From positions 96,001-160,000 of the forward strand of contig CAWCUS010000006.1 of the NCBI GenBank assembly GCA_963798845.1: 64,000 nucleotides of DNA. Reading direction: 5' to 3'. A model generated the notes under the pieces. The model worked only from the letters and a program-made list of their open reading frames with translations. It did no database searches and was not told the origin of the DNA. Below are positions 28,733 through 37,951 of this stretch, piece by piece. This DNA is from an uncultured Gemmatimonadales bacterium. GTDB lineage: Bacteria; Gemmatimonadota; Gemmatimonadetes; Longimicrobiales; RSA9. Made by a program: the position numbers and the translations under genes. Numbering within the stretch: position 1 is the stretch's first letter; every line of letters begins with the position of its first letter.

Positions 28733-29359
28733 ATGATGCAAAGCCGCGATCCTCATGTACCGCGCAACGAGAGGAAGGCCTCCGCGATGATGGCGTGCGC
28801 TGTCGTCGTCGCCTGCCTCGTGACCTCCGTCGGCGCACCACCCGCGGTCCTTCGCGCCCAGGGCGTGGGCGTAGCGATAGGGGCCAATTTCGACAGGCAA
28901 AGCGAAATCACCAAGACCACTCAGCCGTTGGACGCCGGGGAGGTCCTCACCCGAGGACTCACGATCAGCCTCTCGGGAGAGCGGCCGGTGGACGCTCGCC
29001 TGTACGCCGTCCTGATCCGCAATCGCCGCGCCGGTGCTCCCTGGGCCTCTCATGCCTTTCGCCTGAACCCTGGGACTCACCGCCTCCCGGGCGATCAATT
29101 CATCCCGGGCGACCCATTCATCCCGGGCGACCAGTTCATCCCGGGCGATCAATTCGTCCCGGGCGATCAGTTCATCCCGGGCGACCGATTCTCCAAGGAA
29201 GCCCGCGAGATCGCCGAGACGGGGGTTGTCTTCGACGGAGCCAGAGTCGATTGGGAGAGGCAGTCCGTCCTCTATCTGGTCATCGTTCCCGCGAGTTCCG
29301 AGGAAGCCGCTGCCAGCCGGGTCCAGGCCGCCGCCTTCATCCTCGGCAACCGCCGGTGA
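28733..29359 (+). CDS. Exported hypothetical protein with PGDQF repeat
   Basis: GAGGAG SD; hydrophobic signal-like segment ending LRA-Q; 6 repeat units. Confidence 0.75.
   Translation: MMQSRDPHVPRNERKASAMMACAVVVACLVTSVGAPPAVLRAQGVGVAIGANFDRQSEITKTTQPLDAGEVLTRGLTISLSGERPVDARLYAVLIRNRRAGAPWASHAFRLNPGTHRLPGDQFIPGDPFIPGDQFIPGDQFVPGDQFIPGDRFSKEAREIAETGVVFDGARVDWERQSVLYLVIVPASSEEAAASRVQAAAFILGNRR
29087..29194 (+). repeat. 6 x 18-bp coding tandem repeat, PGD[QPR]F[IVS]
   Basis: CCGGGCGA[TC]CA[AG]TTCATC-like units. Confidence 0.95.
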
Positions 29360-29796
29360 TCTTCCCGGCCACCTCCGGGTCGATCTCGCCCGTGCGCTTG
29401 TCGAACAGGCGCCTGGGGTAGCCGTCGTGGCCCTGGGAGGAGGAGTGGGGGACGAAGCTGTCGAAGCCGTTTCTCAAGGGCGACATGCGTTTCCTCACCC
29501 CGGACCGTGCGGCCGAGGCGCGGGCCTGGATCTTCCGGGACTGACGCGCTGGCCAGGCCCGCGTCGGGGAGGGGATGACGGTACGGGAACGACCCACGGT
29601 GAAGAACAAGCTCGAGGTCCTCCGCGCCCAACGGGGGTTCGGTTCTCGTACGGCCTGGTCGCGACCGCCTCGCAGTGCCCTCGCCCCTACCATCCCGGCC
29701 GCGAAGACCTGCGGCGCGCGACCTGTCGGGCGGAGCGTCGCGAGCGGCTAGGGCAGCGACCCGACTACTCGCCACCGGCCGCGGCTTGCGCCAGCC

Positions 29797-29943
29797 CGTC
29801 CCCGGCAGGCGGTTGGACGCCTGCGGCGCCGACGAGGCGTCCGATGTTCGCGGCGAACCAGCGGCCCCCTCGAGCCTCGAACTCGAACGCCCGCCCCGCG
29901 GGCTCGCCGAGGCGCGAAGCGCTGACGGCGTTCGACCCTCGAC
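29797..29943 (-). pseudogene. Internal queG fragment (copy of the palindromic insert region)
   Basis: Aligns by eye with 33956-34102: PSALRASASPRGGRSSSRLE..SAPQASNRLPGT vs PSALRASASPRSGHSSSRFE..SAPQPSNHLPGT. Confidence 0.75.
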
Positions 29944-29992
29944 ACGAGAGTCGACGTGACGCGTCCGGGTCCCGACTTCGGCTGGGCTTGCC

Positions 29993-30346
29993 CTGATCGG
30001 GCTCTTCGTCGCACCGCTCGAAGCGACGGGGATCTCCTACATGGTCACCGGCGGAGTCGCCTCCGTCATCTACGGTGACCCGCGGTTCACCCGCGACGTG
30101 GACATCGTCATGGAGTTGATCCGGACCGATTCCCGCGCTGGCCTCGGCATTCGACGCAAACGCCTTCTACGTCCCGCCCTGATCCTCCGGAAGCCCTAGT
30201 ATTATGAGCAGTCCGGCTCGGACCGGCACCTGCGCGACGTGGCCATGATGCTCCGTATCAGCGGCGAGACCGTGGACACGGAGATGCGCGAGCGGCTTGA
30301 TCTGCGCCAGCCCCTGGAGCAGGCGCGCGGGTTCTCACCTGACTGA
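29993..30346 (+). pseudogene. Nucleotidyltransferase (AbiEii/DUF6036-like) pseudogene
   Basis: YMVTGGVASVIYGDPRFTRDVDIV, then a frameshift, an apparent deletion, an in-frame TAG, then SDRHLRDV. Confidence 0.65.
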
Positions 30347-30707
30347 CTGCCCCAGCGCCCACGCCGCGTGCTCCCGCACCAGCGGCTCCGGGTCCTCCAA
30401 CGCAGCTCGCAGCACTGCCACGGCGTCCTCTGGTGACCTGACCGTCGAAGCCAGCCAGTTCCTCATCGCCACTGCCGCGTTCCGCTTGAACCCGGCATAC
30501 CCGGCCCGCCGGATCGCCGACCCCCGCGTCCACACGTCCCACTCTTCGCGCGTCATCCGCATGAGCGCCACCAGCGACGGCGCGTCAGTCCCCGGCAGGT
30601 CGTCCGGCACCTCCGGCCGGTCCTCCACCTCGCGCCAGTCCGATCGGTAGTCCGGCTCCTTCGGGATCTGCACGAGCTTCGCCCCGTTCCACGGGCACAC
30701 CTCCTGG
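30335..30707 (-). pseudogene. Displaced queG 3' end
   Basis: QEVCPWN...LMRMTREEWDVWTRGSAIRRAGYAGFKRN...EPLVREHAAWALGQ closely matches the QueG C-terminus; the N-terminus is absent. Confidence 0.85.
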
Positions 30708-30854
30708 GCGTTCTGCCGGTTCACCCGTTTTCGGATCCGCCTGGGGACGGGCCGCTATCGGCGGTGAAGACCATGCCCCGCCCGGCGATACAACCGTTGG
30801 CCCGTCCGGACTGTCCCACTACTCGACGCACGTTCACATTCCAAGGGGTACACC

Positions 30855-33371
30855 ATGGCCAGTATCAGGCTCGCCGTCCGCAAGCTCCTGAGGACGCCGT
30901 TCATCACGGTGATCGCCCTGCTCTCGCTGGCGCTGGGGATCGGCGCGAACGCAGCGATCTTCTCCATCTTCGACCAGATCCTGCTGCGGCCACTGCCGGT
31001 GGTGGAGCCGGACCGGCTGGTGAACCTGGAGGCGCCGGGGCCGAAGCCGGGGGGGTCGACGTGCAACCAGGCCGGCGGCTGCGAGGTCGTCTTCAGCCAC
31101 CCAATGTTCCGGGACCTGCAGGCCGCCGGAGAGACCGGGTTCGCCGGGCTGGCCGGTCACCGGACCTTCCCCGCGAACATCGCACAGGGTGACCGGACGG
31201 TGGACGGGGCCGGTGTCATGGTGTCGGGATCGTACTTCTCGCTGCTCGGACTGCGACCGGCCCTGGGCCGCCTGCTCCAACCGGCGGACGACGAGGGGGG
31301 CGGCGACCACACGGTGGCGGTCCTGAGCCACCGGTTCTGGCAGAACAACCTGGGCGGCGACCCGGGCGTGCTCAACAGTGCCATGGTGGTGAACGGCGTG
31401 ACGTTGACGGTGGTGGGCGTCGCGCCCCGGGGCTTCGATGGCACCACGCTGGGGCCGCAGCCCCACGTGTTCGTTCCGCTGACGCTGCGTGGCCAGATGG
31501 AGCCGTGGTCCGGAAACGACTTCGAGAACCGTCGCGCCTACTGGATCTACGTCTTCGGTCGTCTGGAGCCGGGGGTCACGCCGGAGCAGGCGGCGGCGAG
31601 GACCAACCAGGTGTACGCGTCGATCATCAACGAGGTCGAGGCGCCGCTCCAGGAGGGGCTGAGTGAGCAGACGCTGGCCCAGTTCCGAGAGAAGCGGGTG
31701 GCGCTGGAGCCGGGGCAGCAGGGGCAGAGCAGCGTGCACGAGGAATCCCGGACACCGCTGGTGCTCCTTCTCGGCATCACGGCGCTGGTTCTTCTGATCG
31801 CGTGCGCGAACATCGCGAACCTGCTCCTGGCCAGGGGCGCCAGCCGGAACACCGAGATGGCGGTGCGCGGGTCCATGGGGGCCACCCGTGGCCAGCTCCT
31901 GCGTCAACTGCTGACGGAAGCGATGGTGCTGGCCGTGGTCGGTGGGCTCGCGGGCCTGGCCGTGGCCCGAGCCACGCTCTGGGGAATCGCGTCGATCCTG
32001 CCGGAACAGCAGAGCGCGATCCTGAACCTACAGCTGAGCCCATCCATGATCGGGTTCACGGCGGCTGTCGCCCTCGGCACCGGTATCCTGTTCGGACTCT
32101 ACCCCGCGTGGCACGCCGCGCGGGCCACGCTGGTCACGGCGATCAGGAGTGGCAGTGGCCAGACGTCGGGGTCCCGGTCGGCCGCCCGGTTCCGGACGGG
32201 GCTGGTCACCGTCCAGATCGCGCTCTCCGTCACCCTGCTGGTGGCCGCAGGGCTGTTCATCCGAAGCCTGGGCAACATCAGCCGCGTGGAACTGGGCGTC
32301 CGGACGGACAACGTGGCGAAGTTCGCTATCGCACCCATGCTCAACGGCTACGACGGCGAGCGGTCGCACATCCTATTCGAGCGGTTGCGCGAGGAGCTCC
32401 TGGCGCTGCCCGGCGTGGAGGGCGTGACGTCCAGCATAATCCCGGTCCTGGAGGGGAGCGCCAATATCGCGGGCGTGGCCGTGCAGGGGTTCGAGGGCGG
32501 GCCGGACGTGGACCAGACCTCGTACTACAACGAGGTCGGGCCGGACTACCTGAGCACCCTCGGGATCCCCCTCATCGCAGGGCGTGAGTTCGACCGGCGC
32601 GACGGCCCCGGCGCCGGGTACACGGCGGCCATCGTGAACGAGGCGTTCGCCGAGAAGTTCGGGCTGGCGCGCGGCGAGGTGGTGGGCTCGTTCATGGCGC
32701 TGAACAGCCGCACCAGCGCCGACTCGTTGACCATCCAGATCGTGGGCCTCGCCCAGAATGCCAAGTACAACAGCGTGAAGGACGAGATGCCGCCGGTGTT
32801 CCTGCTCGCGCACGCACAGGACCCCGACGTGGGCTTCATGAACTTCTACATCCGGACGGCCGGCGACCCGGGGCCCATGCTCCAGGCCGTGCCCGGCGTG
32901 CTCCGTCGCCTCGACCCCAACATGCCGGTCACCGGGCTGATGACGCTGGAGCAGCAGGCCGCGGAGAGCGTGTTCATGGACCGCTTCATCAGCATCCTGA
33001 CCACGGCGTTCGCGGTCCTGGCCACACTCCTCGCCGCCATCGGGCTCTACGGCGTGCTGGCCTATACGGTGGCGCTTCGGACCCGTGAGTTCGGGCTCCG
33101 GATGGCGCTGGGCGCCGACACGGCGAAGGTGCGGCGAATGGTCCTCCGCCAGGTGGCCGGGATGCTCGGGGTCGGCGGCGTGATCGGTATCGCAGCCGCC
33201 CTGGGCCTCGGCCGGGCCGCAGGGTCGCTCCTCTACGAGCTCGAGGGACACGACCCCATGGTATTCGTGGCCGCGGTGATGCTGCTGGCGGGCGTGGCGT
33301 TCGGCGCCGGGTACGTTCCGGCCTTCCGGGCTTCCCGGGTGGACCCCATGGAGGCGCTCCGCCACGAGTAG
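30855..33371 (+). CDS. ADOP-type duplicated ABC permease
   Basis: LALGIGANAAIFS, IACANIANLLLAR, RTREFGLRMALGA and VDPMEALRHE motifs. Confidence 0.93.
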   Translation: MASIRLAVRKLLRTPFITVIALLSLALGIGANAAIFSIFDQILLRPLPVVEPDRLVNLEAPGPKPGGSTCNQAGGCEVVFSHPMFRDLQAAGETGFAGLAGHRTFPANIAQGDRTVDGAGVMVSGSYFSLLGLRPALGRLLQPADDEGGGDHTVAVLSHRFWQNNLGGDPGVLNSAMVVNGVTLTVVGVAPRGFDGTTLGPQPHVFVPLTLRGQMEPWSGNDFENRRAYWIYVFGRLEPGVTPEQAAARTNQVYASIINEVEAPLQEGLSEQTLAQFREKRVALEPGQQGQSSVHEESRTPLVLLLGITALVLLIACANIANLLLARGASRNTEMAVRGSMGATRGQLLRQLLTEAMVLAVVGGLAGLAVARATLWGIASILPEQQSAILNLQLSPSMIGFTAAVALGTGILFGLYPAWHAARATLVTAIRSGSGQTSGSRSAARFRTGLVTVQIALSVTLLVAAGLFIRSLGNISRVELGVRTDNVAKFAIAPMLNGYDGERSHILFERLREELLALPGVEGVTSSIIPVLEGSANIAGVAVQGFEGGPDVDQTSYYNEVGPDYLSTLGIPLIAGREFDRRDGPGAGYTAAIVNEAFAEKFGLARGEVVGSFMALNSRTSADSLTIQIVGLAQNAKYNSVKDEMPPVFLLAHAQDPDVGFMNFYIRTAGDPGPMLQAVPGVLRRLDPNMPVTGLMTLEQQAAESVFMDRFISILTTAFAVLATLLAAIGLYGVLAYTVALRTREFGLRMALGADTAKVRRMVLRQVAGMLGVGGVIGIAAALGLGRAAGSLLYELEGHDPMVFVAAVMLLAGVAFGAGYVPAFRASRVDPMEALRHE

Positions 33372-33411
33372 CGCTGCGGTTCGGTGGCGGCAGGTGCTCG
33401 CGCGCCCCACC

Positions 33412-33471
33412 CCCGCCGCGCTCGACCTCCTGATCCTCACGGCGGTGTCGCTCGGCAGCCTGGCCACCTGA
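33412..33471 (+). pseudogene. PadR N-terminal remnant
   Basis: PAALDLLILTAVSLGSL* vs PGTLDLLILKAVSLGKL of the PadR at 24749. Confidence 0.5.
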
Positions 33472-33649
33472 GTGCGCGTGCTGGTGCTGGTGCGTTCCCG
33501 TGCCCGACTGCGGTGTCGACCGGACCCGGAGACGGAACGAACATGGTGATCGCAGCCATGAACAGGAGGGCGCCGGAGCACGGGCGGCGGACACCGTGCG
33601 GCGTCCGCTCCCACCCTCGCCGGCCCTGGCGATCCCGGTCCGATTCCCC

Positions 33650-34957
33650 CTACGCGCGATCCAACCCGCCCTGACCCAGCGCCCACGCCGCGTGCTCCCG
33701 CACCAGCGGCTCGTCGTTCTCCAGCGCGTCACTCAGCACCGCCAGCGCATCCCGCAGCACCGCCACCTCCGGCGCCTCCTCCACCGACGCCAGCCAGTTG
33801 CCTTCGGCGACTTCCGTTGCGCTCCAGTTCCCCAGCGCCACCGCCACGTTGCGCTTAAAGCCGGCGTACCCCGCCCGCCGGATCGCCGACCCCCGCGTCC
33901 ACACGTCCCACTCCTCCCGCGTCATCCGCATCAGCTCGACCAGCGACGGCGACTCCGTCCCCGGCAGGTGGTTGGAAGGCTGGGGCGCCGACCAGGCTTC
34001 CGCTGCTCGCGACGAATCAGCGGCGTCCTCGAACCTCGAACTCGAATGCCCGCTGCGCGGGCTCGCCGAGGCGCGAAGCGCCGACGGCGATCGAACGTCG
34101 ACCTCGACCGGCGGCCTGGGCACGTAGTCCGCCTCCGCGTTGATCGGCACCAACCGCGGACTGTTCCACGGACACACCTCCTGGCAGATGTCGCACCCGT
34201 AGACCCGATTCCCGATGCCCGGCCGCAGCGCCTCGGGGATCGGCCCGCGATTCTCGATGGTCAGGTACGAGATGCACCGCGTGGCGTCCAGCACGGGCGC
34301 GCCATCCTCGTTACGGCCGAGCAGCGCGCCGGTGGGGCAGGCGTCCAGGCACGCCGTGCAGCTGCCGCAGCGGTCGGCTTCGAACGGCTCGTCGTAGGTC
34401 AACTCGAAGGGCAGGAGAAGCGACCCGATGAAGAACCACGATCCGCGCTTCGGATCGATGAGCATCGTGTTCTTCCCCTGCCAGCCCAGCCCGGCGCGCC
34501 GCGCCAGATCCCGCTCCAGCACCGGCCCGGTGTCCACGTACGCGCGGGCCACCGGGAGCGGCCGCCCCGTCTCCTCCTCCAGCCACCGCACCAGGCCCAG
34601 CAGCTTCTTCTTCATGACCCGGTGATAGTCGCGCCCGCGGGCGTAGCGCGCGATGATGCCGCGATGGGGCGGGGTGCCCTCGTTGCCGTGGGCGTCGGGG
34701 TCGTCCGGGAAGTAGTGGTGCGCCACCACGAGCGCCGAGCGCAGCTCCGGCCAGCGGGTGCGGGGATCCACGCGGGCGGCCACGGCGTCGTCGCGGGCGA
34801 GGTAGTCCATCGTCCCGTGGTACCCGCGCTCCAGCCACCAGCGGTAGAAGGCCCGGTGATCACTGGCGACGATGGGCGTCGCGCCCACGGCCTCGAACCC
34901 TGCCTCCTTCGCCGCCTCCTTCAGCGCACGGGTCAGCGTGAATGCACTTTCGCTCAT
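33650..34957 (-). CDS. queG: Epoxyqueuosine reductase
   Basis: YHGTMDY, IARYARGRDYH, YVDTGPVLER, GWQGKN, CGSCTACLDACP, RCISYLTIE and GCDICQEVCPWN motifs. Confidence 0.93.
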   Translation of the reverse strand: MSESAFTLTRALKEAAKEAGFEAVGATPIVASDHRAFYRWWLERGYHGTMDYLARDDAVAARVDPRTRWPELRSALVVAHHYFPDDPDAHGNEGTPPHRGIIARYARGRDYHRVMKKKLLGLVRWLEEETGRPLPVARAYVDTGPVLERDLARRAGLGWQGKNTMLIDPKRGSWFFIGSLLLPFELTYDEPFEADRCGSCTACLDACPTGALLGRNEDGAPVLDATRCISYLTIENRGPIPEALRPGIGNRVYGCDICQEVCPWNSPRLVPINAEADYVPRPPVEVDVRSPSALRASASPRSGHSSSRFEDAADSSRAAEAWSAPQPSNHLPGTESPSLVELMRMTREEWDVWTRGSAIRRAGYAGFKRNVAVALGNWSATEVAEGNWLASVEEAPEVAVLRDALAVLSDALENDEPLVREHAAWALGQGGLDRA

Positions 34958-35030
34958 GGCCACGTCGTACCCGGTCTCCGCCCACCGCGTTCCGGGGCGA
35001 TCGGATCGCCCGCGCGCCCTGCGCAGGTCG

Positions 35031-35489
35031 CTACGGCAGCACCATGAGGAGGAACACGAACGAGAACAGCCCGACGGTCTCGACGATCCCCATGGCGATG
35101 ATCATGAAGGCCAGCCCCTGGCCGCCGCCCTCGGAGAGCGCGCGGCAGGCGGCGGCGCCGATCTTCCCCTGGAACCAGGCGCTGAACAGCTCGGCCAGCC
35201 CGCCGGCGAGGCCGATGCCGAGGAGGGCGCCGGCGTTTGCGGCCACCATGTCGGGGACGAACACGCGGTCGCGCAACCCGATGAGCATGAGGATGGCGCC
35301 GTAGATGGTCTGGGAGAGCGGCAGGCCGACCAGGATGACGTACGTGAAGCTGAGCGGCCGGCCGGCGCGGGCCTCCTTGGCCCACGCGCCGGCGGCGGCC
35401 TGGCCGGCCGTCCCGATCCCGAGCGCGCTGCCGATGGCGCTGAGGGCGAGCACGAGCCCCAGAGAGAGCTGACCCCAGAAAGCAGTCAT
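35031..35489 (-). CDS. atpK: V/A-type ATP synthase subunit K (4-TM rotor)
   Basis: SAIGSALG, PLSQTIYG, SAWFQG and MGIVET motifs. Confidence 0.9.
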   Translation of the reverse strand: MTAFWGQLSLGLVLALSAIGSALGIGTAGQAAAGAWAKEARAGRPLSFTYVILVGLPLSQTIYGAILMLIGLRDRVFVPDMVAANAGALLGIGLAGGLAELFSAWFQGKIGAAACRALSEGGGQGLAFMIIAMGIVETVGLFSFVFLLMVLP

Positions 35490-37321
35490 GGACGTTCCTT
35501 GACGAGTCGTTCGGAGAAGGGCCGGTAGGGATACCCGGTCCAGTGGATGCCGGCGTTGCTGGAGAACTCCAGCACGTTGAGGCGCACGCCGTGGGCGAAG
35601 ATGGCGATGAGGATCAGGGCGATGTTGAGCCCGTGCCCCACCACGAGGACGAGCCCGCCGGCGAACCAGGAGGCAGAGCCCGCCAGCATGACGGCCAGCA
35701 CGTTGAACGTGGAGCCGAGATAGTAGCTGGCCAGCCCTACGGCCATTAGGCGGATGTAGCTCAGCGTGTCGCTGAACGTCCCCAGGAACGGCAGCAGACT
35801 CCCGGCGACGCCCAGTCCGATGCGCGCGGCGAACGGCTGGTCCGGCCGACTGAATCCGGCCACCAGCACCATCCCCGTCACCAGCCCGACGATGGCGGCG
35901 CGCATCACCAGCGGCGGCACGCCTTCCTGGCCGAAGAAGAGCAGCCAGATGACGGCCAGCATGGAGACCAGCACGATGGACCAGCCGGCTTCCGCCAGCG
36001 CGGTCGGATCGGGGGCCACTTCCAGGAGCCTGCGGAGGTGGGCGGACACGAGGTGGGTGGCGCCGATGAAGAAGCAGATCTTGATCAGCAGCATCCGGGT
36101 CTCGGCCTCGGTGCCCCGGATGGCCTGGAGGGCGTGGAGCCCGCGGCCCAGCACGGCCACGGTGCCGCCGGCGTCCATCATGGCGGTGGGCGTGAAGCCG
36201 AACCACACGCCGGTCAGCGCGCCCCAGACCAGCCCGGCGACGCCGAACAGCCCCACCATGATCCGCATGTCCCGCCCGAGGGCTTCGCGCAGCCTGCGGC
36301 CGCCGAAGAGAGCGGTCAGGATGAAGAGCACGCCATAGCCCGCGTCGCCGATGATCATGCCGGCGAACAGCGGCAGCGCCACCATGAACAGCGCGCTGGC
36401 GTCCATCTCATCGTAGCCGGGGACCATGCTGAGGATGCGGAACATGCCGTCCACCGGACGGGCCCAGCGGCGGTAGCGCACCAGGGTGGGCGGGCGCTCG
36501 TCGGCGCGGGGCGCTTCCACCCGGAGCGCCACCGGCGGGTGGCCGCTCGCCAGCGCTTCGCTCAGCGCATCCACGCGCTCCTCCGGGAGCCACCCCTGCA
36601 CCGCGAACAGCCGGTCCTCGTCCAGTCCGCTCCGCGTCACCTGCTCCCAGCGCTGCTCCTTTTCCAGCCGCTCCCGCTCCCGCTCCAGGTCGGGAATCAA
36701 CCATGCCAGCGCGGCCAGCCGCTCCCGCTGCGCGTCCAGCGCCCAGTGCAGCGCCGCGGCCTCCGCTTCGATGCTGTCGCGGTCGCGCTCCGGCGGCGGG
36801 ACCTCCTCCGCACGCTCCGGGATGGTGTCCGCGTCCACATCGACCACGCCCACCGCCTGCCGTCCGCGGGACAGCTTCCGCAGCGGCTGGACGAAGCGGC
36901 CGCGCAGCGCTCCCACCGAGCGCTCGGGCACGATCAGGACGCGCAGGCTCAGCCCCGCATCCCGCAGCGCCTCGAGCTGCGCCAGGCGCACGCTCCCCCA
37001 GCGGTGCAGGCCGTCGGCCTCGCGGAAGAGGGTGTCCAGCCGCTGGCGCGCCTGCTCCCCCTGGCGCCCGATCCCCGCCACCTCCTCCGCAGCGTCACGG
37101 GCGCGGAGCGGCGGCCGCGGACCGCGCGGTTCGAAGGCCCGGAGCACCTGGAGCGCCGCCTCCACCTGACGGAGCGCCTCCAGCCGCTCCTCGCCCACCG
37201 GCCCTTCGTGCGGCCGGACCGGCACGATGTGCAGGACGCCCAGGTGGCGGAGCCGGCGCAGCATGGCATCCCGGTCCTCGTGGCGGCACACCGCGAAGGC
37301 CTTCACCATCGGAACGATCAC
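35486..37321 (-). CDS. atpI: V/A-type ATP synthase subunit I
   Basis: PGYDEMD, GDAGYG, DTLSYIRLMAVGLA and HGVRLNVLEF motifs. Confidence 0.92.
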   Translation of the reverse strand: MIVPMVKAFAVCRHEDRDAMLRRLRHLGVLHIVPVRPHEGPVGEERLEALRQVEAALQVLRAFEPRGPRPPLRARDAAEEVAGIGRQGEQARQRLDTLFREADGLHRWGSVRLAQLEALRDAGLSLRVLIVPERSVGALRGRFVQPLRKLSRGRQAVGVVDVDADTIPERAEEVPPPERDRDSIEAEAAALHWALDAQRERLAALAWLIPDLERERERLEKEQRWEQVTRSGLDEDRLFAVQGWLPEERVDALSEALASGHPPVALRVEAPRADERPPTLVRYRRWARPVDGMFRILSMVPGYDEMDASALFMVALPLFAGMIIGDAGYGVLFILTALFGGRRLREALGRDMRIMVGLFGVAGLVWGALTGVWFGFTPTAMMDAGGTVAVLGRGLHALQAIRGTEAETRMLLIKICFFIGATHLVSAHLRRLLEVAPDPTALAEAGWSIVLVSMLAVIWLLFFGQEGVPPLVMRAAIVGLVTGMVLVAGFSRPDQPFAARIGLGVAGSLLPFLGTFSDTLSYIRLMAVGLASYYLGSTFNVLAVMLAGSASWFAGGLVLVVGHGLNIALILIAIFAHGVRLNVLEFSSNAGIHWTGYPYRPFSERLVKERP

Positions 37322-37944
37322 GTGACGCCTCCTTCCAGCCGCTCGTACGCCGCCGAGAGCGCCGCCTTCGCGATCTTCGAGCGCCCGACGGCGCCGGCCA
37401 TCTCGTCGCCCAGGTGGATGCGGATGCGCTGGATGATCTCCTGCTTCTCGGGGATCTTCACCTTCTCGAACAGGTTCACCCGCTGCACCACCCGCGTCAG
37501 CTCCCGCCGCAGCAGCTCCCGGCGACGCTCCAGGATCTCCACCTCCGCTCGCCGGCGGTTCAGCGCCCGCAGGTCGTCCAGCGCGTGCTCCACCCATGGC
37601 GGCGTGACGAACAGGCTGTACTCCACGGCATTGAACACCACCTCGTCCAGCTCCGGCACCTGGACGCCCGCGACGTTCACGGTGCGCGCGCGCACCTCCG
37701 CCGGGTCGGCCATGGACCGGACGTCGAGCCCCGCCACGTCGCCGAGCACCGGGGCGTATCGGTCCAGCGACGCCCTCACCTCCGCCAGCCTCGCCCCCGC
37801 TTCCCTGAGCAGCGATTCCGTCTTCTGGAGCGTGGCCTGGAGCTGCTGCTGCCGCAGCTTCAGTGCGGGCAGAAAGCGCTCGTAGCGCACCAGAAGCTCC
37901 CGGCTGCGCTTCAGCTCGAGGCGGGTGAGGGAGACGCGAGCCAT
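37318..37944 (-). CDS. atpD: V/A-type ATP synthase subunit D
   Basis: LPALKLRQQQL and QRVNLFEKVKIP motifs. Confidence 0.92.
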   Translation of the reverse strand: MARVSLTRLELKRSRELLVRYERFLPALKLRQQQLQATLQKTESLLREAGARLAEVRASLDRYAPVLGDVAGLDVRSMADPAEVRARTVNVAGVQVPELDEVVFNAVEYSLFVTPPWVEHALDDLRALNRRRAEVEILERRRELLRRELTRVVQRVNLFEKVKIPEKQEIIQRIRIHLGDEMAGAVGRSKIAKAALSAAYERLEGGVT

Positions 37945-37951
37945 GGCCGCC

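Noticed and set aside
27820..33650. Integron cassette array
   Set aside because: No integrase, no repeated attC-like GTTRRRY/RYYYAAC sites, and gene orientations are mixed.
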